In this document: positions 46,016-56,246 of the stretch, piece by piece
Position numbering within the stretch: position 1 is the first letter of the stretch
How the letters are laid out: the number at the start of each line of letters is the position of its first letter
DNA from: Acidimicrobiales bacterium
GTDB lineage: Bacteria; Actinomycetota; Acidimicrobiia; Acidimicrobiales; Bog-793
Assembly: GCA_050015175.1 (NCBI GenBank)
Contig: JBEKBX010000002.1
Coordinates: forward strand, 118,614 to 182,613
Direction: 5' to 3'
Length of the DNA: 64,000 bases
The notes under the pieces: model-generated
Databases searched by the model: none
What the model was told of the DNA's origin: nothing
Seen by the model: only the letters and a program-made list of their open reading frames with translations
Program-made: the position numbers and the translations under genes

Positions 46016-47464
46016 ATGAGCTGGTTTGAATGCGTACCCAACTTCTCAGAAGGCCGGGACCAGGCCAAGATCGCCCGCATCGTGGCCGAGGCGCAGAACA
46101 GACCGGGGGTGTCGCTGCTCGATGTCGAGCAGAATGCCGACCACAACCGTTGTGTGGTCACCCTCGTCGGTGAGGGGCCGCCGCTTGTGGAGGCGGTGCT
46201 GCGCATGATGCGGGTGGCGACGACCGTCATCGACCTTACGAGCCACCGGGGCGAGCATCCACGGATGGGCGCCACCGACGTGGTCCCATTCGTGCCGCTC
46301 GGCGAAGCCACCACCGAGCAGGCGATCGACCTCGCCGTCAGCCTGGGCACCCGCGTGTGGGAGGAGCTGCACATTCCGGTTTACCTGTACGGCCAGGCCG
46401 CTCGGCTGCCTGAGCGCCAGGATCTCGCGAAGGTGCGTGCCGGACAGTTCGAGGCCATCCGCGACACGATCGGGACGGACCCTGCCCGGCGCCCGGACAT
46501 CGGCGAGGCACGGGTGCATCCGACGGCGGGCGCGGTGGCGATCGGCGCCCGGCCGGTGCTCATCGCGTACAACGCCTACCTGACTACCCCTGACGTCGCT
46601 GTGGCCAAGCGGGTGGCACGCGCCGTGCGCGCTCGTGACGGAGGCCTGGCGGAGGTCAAGGCGCTGGGCTTCGAGATCCACGAGCGCCAGCGCGCGCAGG
46701 TATCCATGAACCTGACCGACTACCGACGAACGCCGATCCACCGCGCCGTCGAAGCTGTGCGGCGGGAAGCAGCCCGTTTTGGCGTGGGCGTGGAGGAAAC
46801 CGAGGTCGTGGGCCTCGTGCCCGAGGACGCCCTGTTCGACGCGGCTGAGTATTACCTGCAGCTCAACAGCTTCGACCGGGGCACCGTCCTCGAGCGCAAG
46901 GTGCGTGGCGTGCAGCCATCCGGGGAGTCCCTCTCTGATTTCGCCGCCCGGCTCGCCGCGCGGACACCCACCCCCGGAGGTGGGAGCGCGGCCGCCGCGG
47001 CCGGCGCCATGGGGGCCGCCCTCGGGGAGATGGTTGCCGCCTACTCTGCCGGCAAGGACGACGTGACGCTGGACGAGTTTCGGGAGCGGTTCGCCGCCGC
47101 CCGCAGTCGCTTTCTGGGCCTGGTCGAACAGGACGCCCAGGCCTACGCGGACACGGTCACAGCGCGTCGGGCGACCAAGTCCCAGCCCGGGCCCGAGGCG
47201 GAGCAGGCCTGGACGGCCGCCATCCGGCACGCCGCGGATGTCCCGCTCGAAACCGCGCGCCTCGCCTGGAGCTGCGCAGCCGAGCTCCGCGAGCTCGGCG
47301 ACCGGGTACGGCCTGTGATGAAGAGCGACTGGACCACGGCGCTGGCGCTGTTGGATGCGGCGCGGGAGGGCGCTGTTGCCAATGTGGTCATAAACGTCGA
47401 CGACCTGCGGGAGCGGGCGGTCGACATCACTGATCTGGAAGCCGCCATCCGCGAGCTCGTCTAG
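46016..47464 (+). CDS. ftcD: Bifunctional glutamate formimidoyltransferase / formimidoyltetrahydrofolate cyclodeaminase
   Basis: 482 aa. N-terminal ECVPNFSEGRD, HNRCVVTL and HPRMGATDVVPFVP. The C-terminal ~170 aa repeat the cyclodeaminase pattern (PTPGGGSAAAAAGAMGAALGEMV). Confidence 0.9.
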   Translation: MSWFECVPNFSEGRDQAKIARIVAEAQNRPGVSLLDVEQNADHNRCVVTLVGEGPPLVEAVLRMMRVATTVIDLTSHRGEHPRMGATDVVPFVPLGEATTEQAIDLAVSLGTRVWEELHIPVYLYGQAARLPERQDLAKVRAGQFEAIRDTIGTDPARRPDIGEARVHPTAGAVAIGARPVLIAYNAYLTTPDVAVAKRVARAVRARDGGLAEVKALGFEIHERQRAQVSMNLTDYRRTPIHRAVEAVRREAARFGVGVEETEVVGLVPEDALFDAAEYYLQLNSFDRGTVLERKVRGVQPSGESLSDFAARLAARTPTPGGGSAAAAAGAMGAALGEMVAAYSAGKDDVTLDEFRERFAAARSRFLGLVEQDAQAYADTVTARRATKSQPGPEAEQAWTAAIRHAADVPLETARLAWSCAAELRELGDRVRPVMKSDWTTALALLDAAREGAVANVVINVDDLRERAVDITDLEAAIRELV

Positions 47465-47822
47465 CTCGAGCGATGCGACGGAAGAGACAGTTTCGAGAAG
47501 CCTGGGTTGGGCGAGCCGGTTCGTAGGTACAGGCCGTTCCCTTGGAGCCAAACAGCGGCAAAGGTATTCAGTGCTTCGTCACGCCCTGAGTGCCTGCGTT
47601 TGCTTGTGGTCGCGGCCACGATCTGATACAACGAACTCAGCACGCGTGAATTCGTTGGAATCAGTCATATAGCGGCGAAGGTTCCTCGTTCCCAGTAGAG
47701 GTGAGGTGCAGGGGACGCGCCGGACCTTTGACTCCTCACCGGGTGTGGGCACGCGGGCGAAAAGTTGCTTGTCACCGTCTTGCCTATCCGCGTCCAGCGT
47801 CGACGACAGGAGGCGGTGTGTA

Positions 47823-49259
47823 ATGAGCACTCAGCAGACCTACACCAGTAGCTTGCAGATCGAGCACCGCTCGATCGACTATATCCCCGCCTCGGAGAGG
47901 CATGGCACACCGAACCGCCTTTTCTTCATCTGGTTCGGGGCCAACATGCAGATAACTGCGGCTGCGGCGGGGGCGGTCGCTGTGCTGATAGGGCTGTCCT
48001 TGCCCTGGGCGCTGCTCGCCCTGCTGATCGGCAATCTCTTCGGCGTCACGTTCATGGCGGCTCACTCGGCGCAAGGGCCGACATTGGGCATCCCTCAGAT
48101 GATCCAGAGCAGGGCCCAGTTCGGCTTCTACGGCGCGATCGTCCCTCTCGTTCTCGTCTTGTTGATGTACGTCGGATACTTCGCCGCCAGCGCGATCCTC
48201 GGCGGCGCCGCCCTGGCCGCCTGGTGGGGCATCAACACCAAGCTGGCCACTGTCATCGTCTCGCTCATCTGCGCGGTGCTCGCCGTCTACGGCTACCGCA
48301 TGATCCACCAGTACGAGCGATGGGTGAGCCTGGTGAGCGGCCTCGGCTTTGTGTACCTCACGATCCGGCTGCTGACCCTGCACCACATCAGCACGGTCTG
48401 GCACTCCGGGAGCGTGCCCTACGGCACCTTCCTGCTCGCCATCACCGTGGCGGCCACCTGGCAGATCACCTACGCCCCGTACGTCGCCGACTACAGCCGC
48501 TATCTGCCTGAGGACACCAGCAAGGCGGCGACCTTCTGGTGGACAGCGTCGGGTTCGGTGATCGCCTCGTTCTGGCTGATGGGCTTCGGCGCCGTCGGGC
48601 TCGCCGTCGCCCCGAAGCTGTTCAACAACGGGAGCGTGACCTTCTTCACGGGACTCGGCAACAACCACACGGGCTGGCTGATCGCGCTGATCATCATCGG
48701 GGGCATCGTGGCAGCCAACGTGCTGAACCTCTACGGGATGTTCATGTCCGCCACCACGACCATCACAGCGTTGCGCCGGATGCAGGTGCACCGCGGGGCC
48801 CGGACGGTTTTCGTGCTCGTCGCCGCGGTTATCGGCACCGTGATCGCGATCGCGGCGACCTCGAGCTTCCTCACGAACTTCGAGAACTTCATCCTCTTCC
48901 TGGCCTACTTCCTGATCCCGTGGACGGCGATCAACCTGACCGACTTCTACTTCGTGCGCAAGGAGCAGTACGACATCGACTCGATCTTCAGGCCGGACGG
49001 GATCTACGGGCGGGTCGACTGGCGGACGATGGCGGCATACCTGATCGCCATCGGAGTAGAGGTTCCGTTCATGAACACGACCTTCTACGCCGGACCGATG
49101 GTCTCGCACCTCGGGGGCGGAGACATCTCCTGGATCCTCGGACTGATCGTGGCCAGTGGCCTCTATTACGTGCTGCATATCGGTGTGGACGTGATGCCTC
49201 ACGCCAAGTCGGTGGCCCCTTCGCAGCCGGCCGAGGCTGTCGAGTCGGCGGATCGGTGA
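47823..49259 (+). CDS. NCS1-family (purine-cytosine/hydantoin-type) permease
   Basis: Trimmed to the ATG at 47823 behind AGGAGG (478 aa). It has [41 protein letters not shown] and 12 TM segments. Confidence 0.85.
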   Translation: MSTQQTYTSSLQIEHRSIDYIPASERHGTPNRLFFIWFGANMQITAAAAGAVAVLIGLSLPWALLALLIGNLFGVTFMAAHSAQGPTLGIPQMIQSRAQFGFYGAIVPLVLVLLMYVGYFAASAILGGAALAAWWGINTKLATVIVSLICAVLAVYGYRMIHQYERWVSLVSGLGFVYLTIRLLTLHHISTVWHSGSVPYGTFLLAITVAATWQITYAPYVADYSRYLPEDTSKAATFWWTASGSVIASFWLMGFGAVGLAVAPKLFNNGSVTFFTGLGNNHTGWLIALIIIGGIVAANVLNLYGMFMSATTTITALRRMQVHRGARTVFVLVAAVIGTVIAIAATSSFLTNFENFILFLAYFLIPWTAINLTDFYFVRKEQYDIDSIFRPDGIYGRVDWRTMAAYLIAIGVEVPFMNTTFYAGPMVSHLGGGDISWILGLIVASGLYYVLHIGVDVMPHAKSVAPSQPAEAVESADR

Positions 49260-49263
49260 CGCG

Positions 49264-50943
49264 ATGACCAGCGGACCACGCACTGTACGCGCGCCGCACG
49301 GCAGCCAGCTCACATGCAAGGGCTGGCCGCAGGAAGCGGCGATGCGCATGTTGATGAACAACCTCGACCCCGACATCGCCGAGCACCCCGATCAGTTGAT
49401 CGTCTACGGGGGCGGAGGAAAGGCAGCTCGCAACTGGGCCGCCTACGACGCAATCGTGGCGAGCCTGCGGGAGCTCGGGCCCGAGGAGACCCTGCTCGTC
49501 CAGTCCGGCAAGCCGGTGGGCGTCTTCCGGACCCACGAGTGGGCGCCGCGAGTCCTGATCGCGAACGCGAACCTTGTGCCGCAGTGGGCGACCTGGGAGG
49601 AGTTCCGCCGCTTGGACGCCCTCGGGCTGACGATGTTCGGACAGATGACCGCCGGGTCGTGGATATACATAGGGACCCAGGGGATCCTGCAGGGAACCTA
49701 CGAGACCTTCGCCGCAGTTGCAACCAAACGCCACGGCGGCAGTCTCGCCGGCACAATCACCCTCACCGCCGGGCTCGGCGGGATGGGTGGCGCCCAGCCG
49801 ATGGCGGTCACGATGAACGGCGGCGTCGCGTTGTGCGTCGAGGTGGACCCGTCACGGATCCAGCGTCGCTTGGACACCGGCTACCTCGACGTCCTCGCCG
49901 ACGGGGTCGACGACGCGCTCAGCCGGGCCATGGAGGCGAAACGCAACCGGCAGGCGCTGTCGATAGGCATCCTGGGCAACGCCGCCGACGTCGTGCCCCA
50001 CCTGCTCGCGATCGGGGCGGAGATCGACGTAGTGACCGACCAGACCTCGGCGCACGACCCGTTGATGTACGTCCCGAGCGGCGTGAGCGTGGACGAGATG
50101 CCTGACCTCAGGGCCAAGGACCCCGAAGGGCTCACCAAGATGGCACGCGAGTCGATGGTCCGCCACGTCGAGGCGATGATCGGCTTCCTGGACGGAGGGG
50201 CCGAGGTGTTCGACTACGGCAACTCGATCCGCGCCGAGGCGAGGACGGGTGGCTGCGAACGCGCCTTCGACTTCCCCGGTTTCGTTCCCGCGTACGTGCG
50301 ACCGCTCTTTTGTCAGGGCAAGGGCCCGTTCCGGTGGGTCGCGCTGTCCGGCGATCCGCGCGACATCGCCGCTACGGACGAGGCGGTACTCGCCGAGTTC
50401 CCGGACAACGAGTCCCTCGGCCGGTGGATCAAGATGGCAGGCGAACGGGTGCAATTCCAAGGGCTGCCGGCGCGGATCTGCTGGCTCGGGTACGGGGAGC
50501 GCGACCGGCTCGGCTTGCGTTTCAACGACATGGTCGCCCGCGGCACGCTCAAGGCGCCCATCGTCATCGGACGCGACCACCTCGACTGTGGGTCTGTCGC
50601 CTCGCCTTATCGGGAGACCGAGGGCATGTGCGACGGGTCGGACGCGATCGCCGACTGGCCGCTCCTGAACGCCTTGCTGAACACGGCTTCCGGCGCCTCG
50701 TGGGTGTCGATCCACCACGGCGGGGGAGTCGGGATCGGCCGTTCCATTCACGCAGGGCAGGTGACGGTCGCAGACGGTACGGCGCTCGCCGCCGAGAAGC
50801 TGGAACGGGTGCTCACCAACGACCCTGGCAGCGGTGTCATCCGGCACGTCGACGCCGGTTATGTCGAGGCGGAGCAAGTGGCCGCGGCCCATGGGTTGCG
50901 GGTTCCGATGCGCGATCACGGCGAGAAGACGGTGGCGACATGA
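49264..50943 (+). CDS. hutU: Urocanate hydratase (canonical)
   Basis: 559 aa with [62 protein letters not shown] and HHGGGVGIG. It closely matches Pseudomonas HutU as I recall it. Confidence 0.95.
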   Translation: MTSGPRTVRAPHGSQLTCKGWPQEAAMRMLMNNLDPDIAEHPDQLIVYGGGGKAARNWAAYDAIVASLRELGPEETLLVQSGKPVGVFRTHEWAPRVLIANANLVPQWATWEEFRRLDALGLTMFGQMTAGSWIYIGTQGILQGTYETFAAVATKRHGGSLAGTITLTAGLGGMGGAQPMAVTMNGGVALCVEVDPSRIQRRLDTGYLDVLADGVDDALSRAMEAKRNRQALSIGILGNAADVVPHLLAIGAEIDVVTDQTSAHDPLMYVPSGVSVDEMPDLRAKDPEGLTKMARESMVRHVEAMIGFLDGGAEVFDYGNSIRAEARTGGCERAFDFPGFVPAYVRPLFCQGKGPFRWVALSGDPRDIAATDEAVLAEFPDNESLGRWIKMAGERVQFQGLPARICWLGYGERDRLGLRFNDMVARGTLKAPIVIGRDHLDCGSVASPYRETEGMCDGSDAIADWPLLNALLNTASGASWVSIHHGGGVGIGRSIHAGQVTVADGTALAAEKLERVLTNDPGSGVIRHVDAGYVEAEQVAAAHGLRVPMRDHGEKTVAT

Positions 50944-52154
50944 AGCTCACCGATCGGGACACGGAGATGCTTGACGGGGTCGACGGCGAAGGCGTGGCGC
51001 TCGCCATGCAAGTTCTCGTCGCGATCGGCCGGGCGTTCGACGCCGAGCAGATGTGCGACATCTCCCGGGCGCACGTCGCGTTGAGCAACCAGGACGCGGA
51101 CATCTGGTTCGCAGAGCGGCTGGTAGCAGGGGGAGCGGTGTGCCGGATCCCACCTACGGTCAATCCGGGCTTCTGCCTCGAGTTCTTCCGGCACGTCCCC
51201 GGCCTGACGCCTGAGGACATGGAGCCCATGGAGCGCACCGAGGCCGCCTACCGGGCGCTCGGCGCGCAGCTGACCTACGACTGCACGCCTTATCTGCAGG
51301 GCAACGTTCCGCGTTTCGGCGAGGTCACCGCTTACTCGGAGTCGAGCGCCACCCCCTACATGAACTCGGTCTATGGGGCACGCACGAACCGTGAGTCGGC
51401 CCAGTCCGCCTTGTGCGCCGCGGTGACCGGCCGGGTTCCGATCTACGGCCTTCTCCTCGACGAGAACCGCAAGGGACAAGTGCACGTGCACGTCGAGCCG
51501 ATGCTCACCGACGAGTTCGACTATCACCTGCTGGGCTACGCGGTGCCTCGAAAGGCCGGCCTGCAGACCGCCTTCATCCCCGTGTTCACGGGCATCCCTG
51601 CGAACGTGAGCCCGGAGGCGCTCATGAACTTGGGAGCCGAGTTGAACACGGGTGGCAACGTGCCGATGTACCACATCGTCGGGGTCACCCCCGAGGCACC
51701 CACGCTCGAGGCCGCGTTCCACGGCGAGCCTCCCGGCGAGCCCATCGTCATCACCGCCGACGATCTCGCCGAGGAGCAGCAGATGCTTTCCGCGGAGGGC
51801 GGCCCCATCGACTTCGCGCTCCTCGGCTGCCCGCACCTGTCGCTCGGCCAGCTCCGGGCGATAGCCGATCGGATCGGTGGTCGCCAGTTCAAGGTTGAGT
51901 TCTGGGTCATGACGTCGTTCTACGCGAAGGAGCTCGCCGTCCGCATGGGCATTGCCGAGGTGATCGAAAAGGCCGGGGGCCAGCTGGTCCCCGACACTTG
52001 CATCGACCAGGTCGCCTGGAAGCATCTGGCGGGCAAGAAAGGTGTCACCGACTCGCTGAAGGGCGCGTACTACACACAGCGGCGTGACATGGAGTTCGTG
52101 CTGCGCAGCGTGGGTGACTGCGTCGAGGCCGCTATCAAAGGAGATGCGTCATGA
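50940..52154 (+). CDS. Aconitase X catalytic (large) subunit, DUF521
   Basis: Track ORF 50310..52154 trimmed to the ATG at 50940, which overlaps the hutU stop (ATGA). [46 protein letters not shown] is a typical DUF521 N-terminus. Candidate Fe-S Cys residues lie in LLGCPHLS and PDTCID. Confidence 0.85.
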   Translation: MKLTDRDTEMLDGVDGEGVALAMQVLVAIGRAFDAEQMCDISRAHVALSNQDADIWFAERLVAGGAVCRIPPTVNPGFCLEFFRHVPGLTPEDMEPMERTEAAYRALGAQLTYDCTPYLQGNVPRFGEVTAYSESSATPYMNSVYGARTNRESAQSALCAAVTGRVPIYGLLLDENRKGQVHVHVEPMLTDEFDYHLLGYAVPRKAGLQTAFIPVFTGIPANVSPEALMNLGAELNTGGNVPMYHIVGVTPEAPTLEAAFHGEPPGEPIVITADDLAEEQQMLSAEGGPIDFALLGCPHLSLGQLRAIADRIGGRQFKVEFWVMTSFYAKELAVRMGIAEVIEKAGGQLVPDTCIDQVAWKHLAGKKGVTDSLKGAYYTQRRDMEFVLRSVGDCVEAAIKGDAS

Positions 52155-52564
52155 CCGCCCGGGAAGTAACCGTCATCGGTTGCCGGGGCGCGGCGCCGGG
52201 CAAGGCGACCGGCCCGGCCGTCGTGTCAACCGACGCCATCTGCTTCTATCTGGTGGACCCACCCACGGGAACCGTCATCGAGTCCGGTCACGCCATCGAG
52301 GGCAGGAGAATCGCCGGGACCGTCCTCGTCTGTCCTGGAGGAAAGGGGAGCTCGGTGGTCCAGGCCGACGGTCTCTACCAGCTTGCCAAGGCCGGCACGG
52401 CACCGGTCGCCGTCGTCGTCGCGGAGTTCGACACCGTGCTCGTGGCGAGCGCCGTGGTCGTCGGCGTTCCACTCGTGCGCTGCGCCCCCGAGGACTTCGC
52501 ACGCATCAGCGACGGTGACGTGCTGGACGTGGACTCCGACCGGGAAGTCGTCACGATCCGGTGA
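52151..52564 (+). CDS. Aconitase X swivel (small) subunit, DUF126
   Basis: 137 aa with ATGA overlap to the upstream gene. It shows the DUF126 pattern GKATGPAVVS, VLVCPGGKGSSVV, GTAPVAVVVAE and GVPLV. Confidence 0.85.
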   Translation: MTAREVTVIGCRGAAPGKATGPAVVSTDAICFYLVDPPTGTVIESGHAIEGRRIAGTVLVCPGGKGSSVVQADGLYQLAKAGTAPVAVVVAEFDTVLVASAVVVGVPLVRCAPEDFARISDGDVLDVDSDREVVTIR

Positions 52565-53862
52565 TCGCCCCCCCGGTCGTACGCTCGCTGCGACGCGGCG
52601 AGGTGGAACTGCCGCGGGTGCGCCTGGTCAGGCAGCTCTTCACCGTGCCACCGCCTGTCGACGTGGCCGCGCGGGTGGTCAGCGAGTGGCACCGGCTCGC
52701 ACCCCGGATCAACCCGACTGCGGGTGCGCAGATCGCGGTGGCCGTCGGCAGCCGGGGCATCGACGGCTTGGCGCCCGCAGTGCGGGCCCTCGTCGCAGAG
52801 TTGCGCTCTGCCGGCTGCGAACCATTCATCGTGCCCGCCATGGGCTCCCACGGAGGTGCGACCGCGTCCGGCCAAACCAAGGTTCTCGCAGGTCTGGGCA
52901 TCACCCCAGAGACGGTAGGGGCCGAAGTCCGAGCGACAATGGACGTGGTGAGCGTCGGCGTTGTGGGCGACGCCCCACTGTGCCTAGACCGGCTCGCCGC
53001 CGAGTCCGACGGCATCGTGGTCGTCAACCGGGTCAAGCCACACACGGACTTCGCCGGGCCGATGGGAAGTGGCTTGTTGAAGATGCTCTGCATAGGGCTG
53101 GGCAACCAGGAGGGCGCCGACCGGCTGCACAGGATGGGCGTGGCCCGGGACCTGGGTGAGGTCGTGCGCGAGGCGGGTGTCGCGATCGTGCAGCGAGTGC
53201 CCGTCCTGTTCGGCGTGGCGATCCTCGAGAATCAGCAGCACCGTGCCTGCGACGTGCGGCTCGTGCCCGGTCCCGACATCGAGTCGGTGGAGCTGGCCCT
53301 CCAAGACGTCGCACGAGAGCTCCTCCCCGGTCTCCCCCTCGACGACATCGACCTCCTGATCATCGACGAGATGGGCAAGGACATTAGCGGCGCGGGACTG
53401 GACCCGAACGTCATCGGCCGTTCTCTCGGGCCCTGGCAGGTCAAGAGGGATCGGCCCCGCATCACGCGGATCTTCGTGCGCGACCTGACCCCTGCCTCGG
53501 AGGGCAACGCCTGCGGTCTCGGCTTCATCGACGTCACGACTCCACAACTCATCGAGAAGGTCGACCTCGAGGTGACCGCCGTGAACGCCATCACGGCATG
53601 TTTCCCGGAGGACATGCGGCTGCCGCTGACCCTGCCGACCGACCGTGACGCGATCGGCGCCATGCTCGACACACTCCGGCCGTTCACGGCAGAGGATCTG
53701 CGCCTGGTGCACATCAAAAGCACACTCGAGGTCGAGCATCTCGTCGTGTCCGAAGGTTGCCTGCCCGCTCTTCAGGGCCGGTCCGACGTGATCATCGAGG
53801 AGGAACCACGATTTTTCGGGTTCGACGAAGACGCCCGACTGGTTTCGCCGCTGCCGGGATAG
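52561..53862 (+). CDS. LarA-like (DUF2088, lactate-racemase N-terminal domain family) protein
   Basis: 433 aa with GTGA overlap to the upstream gene. The layout IAVAVGSRG...FIVPAMGSHGG...VKPHTDFAGPMGSGLLK resembles the LarA_N pattern, but with altered motif residues. Confidence 0.55.
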   Translation: MIAPPVVRSLRRGEVELPRVRLVRQLFTVPPPVDVAARVVSEWHRLAPRINPTAGAQIAVAVGSRGIDGLAPAVRALVAELRSAGCEPFIVPAMGSHGGATASGQTKVLAGLGITPETVGAEVRATMDVVSVGVVGDAPLCLDRLAAESDGIVVVNRVKPHTDFAGPMGSGLLKMLCIGLGNQEGADRLHRMGVARDLGEVVREAGVAIVQRVPVLFGVAILENQQHRACDVRLVPGPDIESVELALQDVARELLPGLPLDDIDLLIIDEMGKDISGAGLDPNVIGRSLGPWQVKRDRPRITRIFVRDLTPASEGNACGLGFIDVTTPQLIEKVDLEVTAVNAITACFPEDMRLPLTLPTDRDAIGAMLDTLRPFTAEDLRLVHIKSTLEVEHLVVSEGCLPALQGRSDVIIEEEPRFFGFDEDARLVSPLPG

Positions 53863-53969
53863 CAGCGTCCTCGGCAGGCTTCCCGAGCGGTTTGCGCGCA
53901 GCGCGCCAGACACTTCTCGAAGCTCTCGACGCCGTGCTCAGGCCGCCCACTGGCACCTCGAGAAGCTAG

Positions 53970-54686
53970 TCAAATGGTGTCCAGGACTTTCCTGAGCGCG
54001 GCGACGACCTTCGCGGGTTCAGGATCCTCCACGACGTAGCGACCGAACACCAAGCCATCAACGGCGGAGCCAAGCTGGCGGACCCGGGCGAGCATGTCGT
54101 CGAGGCCGCCGCGTCTCGCACCGCCCAAGAGCAGCACCGGTATCGACGCGTATTCGGTGACTTCCGGCAGTGTTCCTTCGCTGGGAGGCGGGATCTTGGC
54201 AAGATCGGCACCGGCTTCTGCCGCCCGGCGGATCGACTGGCGGAGGTTGGACGCCGTGTGAACCGCGACTTGCTCGAATCCCCCGGGAACCACCTCAGCC
54301 ATGACAGGCAGGTTCCAGCGATCAGCGTGGACCGCCAAGGCTTCCAGGCAGCGCATCGTGGTAACTTCGAGGTCGGAATACGGGTAGACCTCATATTTCA
54401 AAGCGGATGCGCCGAAAGCGACAGCCTGCTCGACGACCTGCTGCGGCTCTTGGTGATCCTGGCTGACGCTGATCACGACGGCCCGACCGGTGAGGTGGTT
54501 CTCGAAGTGTCGGGCGGTGGACTGCGTCAGCAGGTACGCGTCGACGTCGGCGGACTGCAGGCTGTTCAGGACTCGGCCAGGGTCGGCCAGTGCCGCGACA
54601 TGTATCGCGCGTGGTTGGTCCATCGCGACGATCAACGCCTTTCTCCCCGGCGGGAGCAGGCGATGCAACCTAAGGAGACGGCCCAT
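53970..54686 (-). CDS. Class I aldolase-like protein (DhnA/FbaB/LsrF family)
   Basis: Track ORF trimmed to the ATG at 54686 (238 aa). MGRLLRLHRLLPPGRKALIVAMDQ is a typical family N-terminus, and a candidate Schiff-base Lys lies in GADLAKIPPP. The start is uncertain (alternative ATG at 54719; no clear RBS). Confidence 0.7.
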   Translation of the reverse strand: MGRLLRLHRLLPPGRKALIVAMDQPRAIHVAALADPGRVLNSLQSADVDAYLLTQSTARHFENHLTGRAVVISVSQDHQEPQQVVEQAVAFGASALKYEVYPYSDLEVTTMRCLEALAVHADRWNLPVMAEVVPGGFEQVAVHTASNLRQSIRRAAEAGADLAKIPPPSEGTLPEVTEYASIPVLLLGGARRGGLDDMLARVRQLGSAVDGLVFGRYVVEDPEPAKVVAALRKVLDTI

Positions 54687-55124
54687 GCGCGCTGTGTTAG
54701 CACACCAGCGGCGCCTCATGCTGCATGCCAGCTCGAACGGCCCCGGCCCCGCCAGGTGTCTGCCAGCGTCGTGAACGACCGGCAGCGCCCCTCGAGTCGA
54801 GGAAGGTCCCATCATCCGCTGCAGCCAATTCGGCGACCACCCCGCGCGCGCACCGAAGCCGAGAAGCGACCGGTGCTGCGCGGTAGGAAGCGGTGTCACA
54901 TGATGCAACAGCCGACACCCTCGCGTCGCGGAGATCGGCGATCGACCGTTGCGCGATGGCAGGGACTTCACACGTCGGACCGTTGTTTCCGACTCGCACC
55001 AGATTGGCGGGCGGTACCCCGGGCGTAACGATTATGGGCGCGGCTTGTGGCGACGTGGACAATGCGGGCCGACAGTCACGGGCGTTTTGCCAAGACCCGA
55101 TGTGCCCGCGCCTTGCTATGAGTC

Positions 55125-55159
55125 AAACGCCCGGCCGGTGTGCACCGGCCGGGCGTTTT
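55125..55159. terminator. Bidirectional rho-independent terminator
   Basis: Perfect 16-nt arms AAACGCCCGGCCGGTG / CACCGGCCGGGCGTTT flanked by T/A runs, 21 nt past the SBP stop on the minus strand. Confidence 0.7.
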
Positions 55160-55179
55160 GAGGCAGATCTCTTTAGCTC

Positions 55180-56193
55180 TTAAGCGGAGGTCTTGTAGTA
55201 GTACGCCGAGATCATGGGGTTGCTGGCGTTGGCGGTCGTTGCCACGACGTTCGGCAGGAACACCGACTTCTTGATCAAGGACTTGTGTCCCGTTAGGTAG
55301 TCGTAGGCGTACTGCACGGCCAAAGACCCTTCCTCGGCAGGGTTTTGGATGACCAGGATGTTGATGACGCCCTGCTTGAGCAGGGTGACCTCGGCGGGCT
55401 CGGCGTCGTAGCCGGCCACGAAGACCTTGCCCTTCATCCCGGCGGCGTCGACGCCCTTAGCGGCGCCCTCGGCCGAGTACAGATTGGTGCCGAAGATACC
55501 CACGAGGCCCGGGTGCGAAAGGATGAGGCCCCTCGCCAGAGTTTCTGCAGTGGTCGGGCTGTCCTGGTCGTAGTCCGCGGCTACCACCTTCATGTTGGTG
55601 TACTTCTTCATCTCGAAGAGGAAGCCGGACTGGCGCAGGTCGGTGGTGGACACGCCCTTTTCGACGTTGATGATCGCCACCTGGCCCTTGTCGTGGGAGA
55701 GCTTGGCGATCGCGTCAGCAGCAGCCTCGCCGCCCTGGTAGTTGTCCGAGCTGATGGCCGAGGTCAATATCGAGGTGTCCTTGAGGGTCGTGTCCACCGC
55801 GATCACCGGGATCCCGGCCTTCACATACGAGTCGATCGGGTTGAACAGGGCCACGTCATCGGTCGGTGCGATCAGCAGGGCATCGGGTTTGCTCGCGAGG
55901 ACCGACTTCACCACTGGGATCTGGAGCTCCAGGTTCCAGGTCGTGGCGCCTGCCCAGTTGAGGGTTACCCCAAGCTTCTTGGCCTCTTGGATCGCACCGT
56001 AGTGCATGGTGATGTAGAAGGGGTCAGTGGTGAGACCAGGGATGAGGGTGATCGTGTACTTGCTGGCGGCACCGGCCGCCGTCGCCCCTGTACCCGCCGT
56101 GACGGCGAGCGTCGTGCTCGCCACGAGGCCGAGCACTGCTACCCCGATTGCGGCACGCGACCGCAGGCCACTGAACCAGCGTCTATGGGTCAT
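55180..56193 (-). CDS. Sugar ABC transporter substrate-binding protein (RbsB/PBP type I)
   Basis: 337 aa with a signal/lipoprotein-like N-terminus and Peripla_BP_4-like motifs (DPFYITMHYGAIQEA, GIPVIAVD, SDNYQGG). Confidence 0.9.
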   Translation of the reverse strand: MTHRRWFSGLRSRAAIGVAVLGLVASTTLAVTAGTGATAAGAASKYTITLIPGLTTDPFYITMHYGAIQEAKKLGVTLNWAGATTWNLELQIPVVKSVLASKPDALLIAPTDDVALFNPIDSYVKAGIPVIAVDTTLKDTSILTSAISSDNYQGGEAAADAIAKLSHDKGQVAIINVEKGVSTTDLRQSGFLFEMKKYTNMKVVAADYDQDSPTTAETLARGLILSHPGLVGIFGTNLYSAEGAAKGVDAAGMKGKVFVAGYDAEPAEVTLLKQGVINILVIQNPAEEGSLAVQYAYDYLTGHKSLIKKSVFLPNVVATTANASNPMISAYYYKTSA

Positions 56194-56246
56194 GTGTTTC
56201 CTCCTCTTTCTTTCTCTAGGTATGGGATCAGTCGGGACGTCATGGC

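Noticed and set aside
47465-47822. 358-nt, relatively AT-richer leader before the NCS1-hutU operon, with hairpins (CAACGAA..TTCGTTG near 47626-47654; GGTGAGG..CCTCACC near 47701-47741).
   Set aside because: I found no resemblance to any riboswitch class I know. The short stems could be chance or simple attenuator or terminator structures. Noted only as a place to look for the operon promoter and operator.
46046-49376. Two ~500-aa minus-strand ORFs (46046..47551 and 47784..49376), antisense to ftcD and the NCS1 permease.
   Set aside because: The reasoning is the same as for the other antisense ORFs. The sense strands carry unmistakable FtcD and NCS1 sequences, and the antisense frames are Arg/Gly/Pro-rich artefacts.
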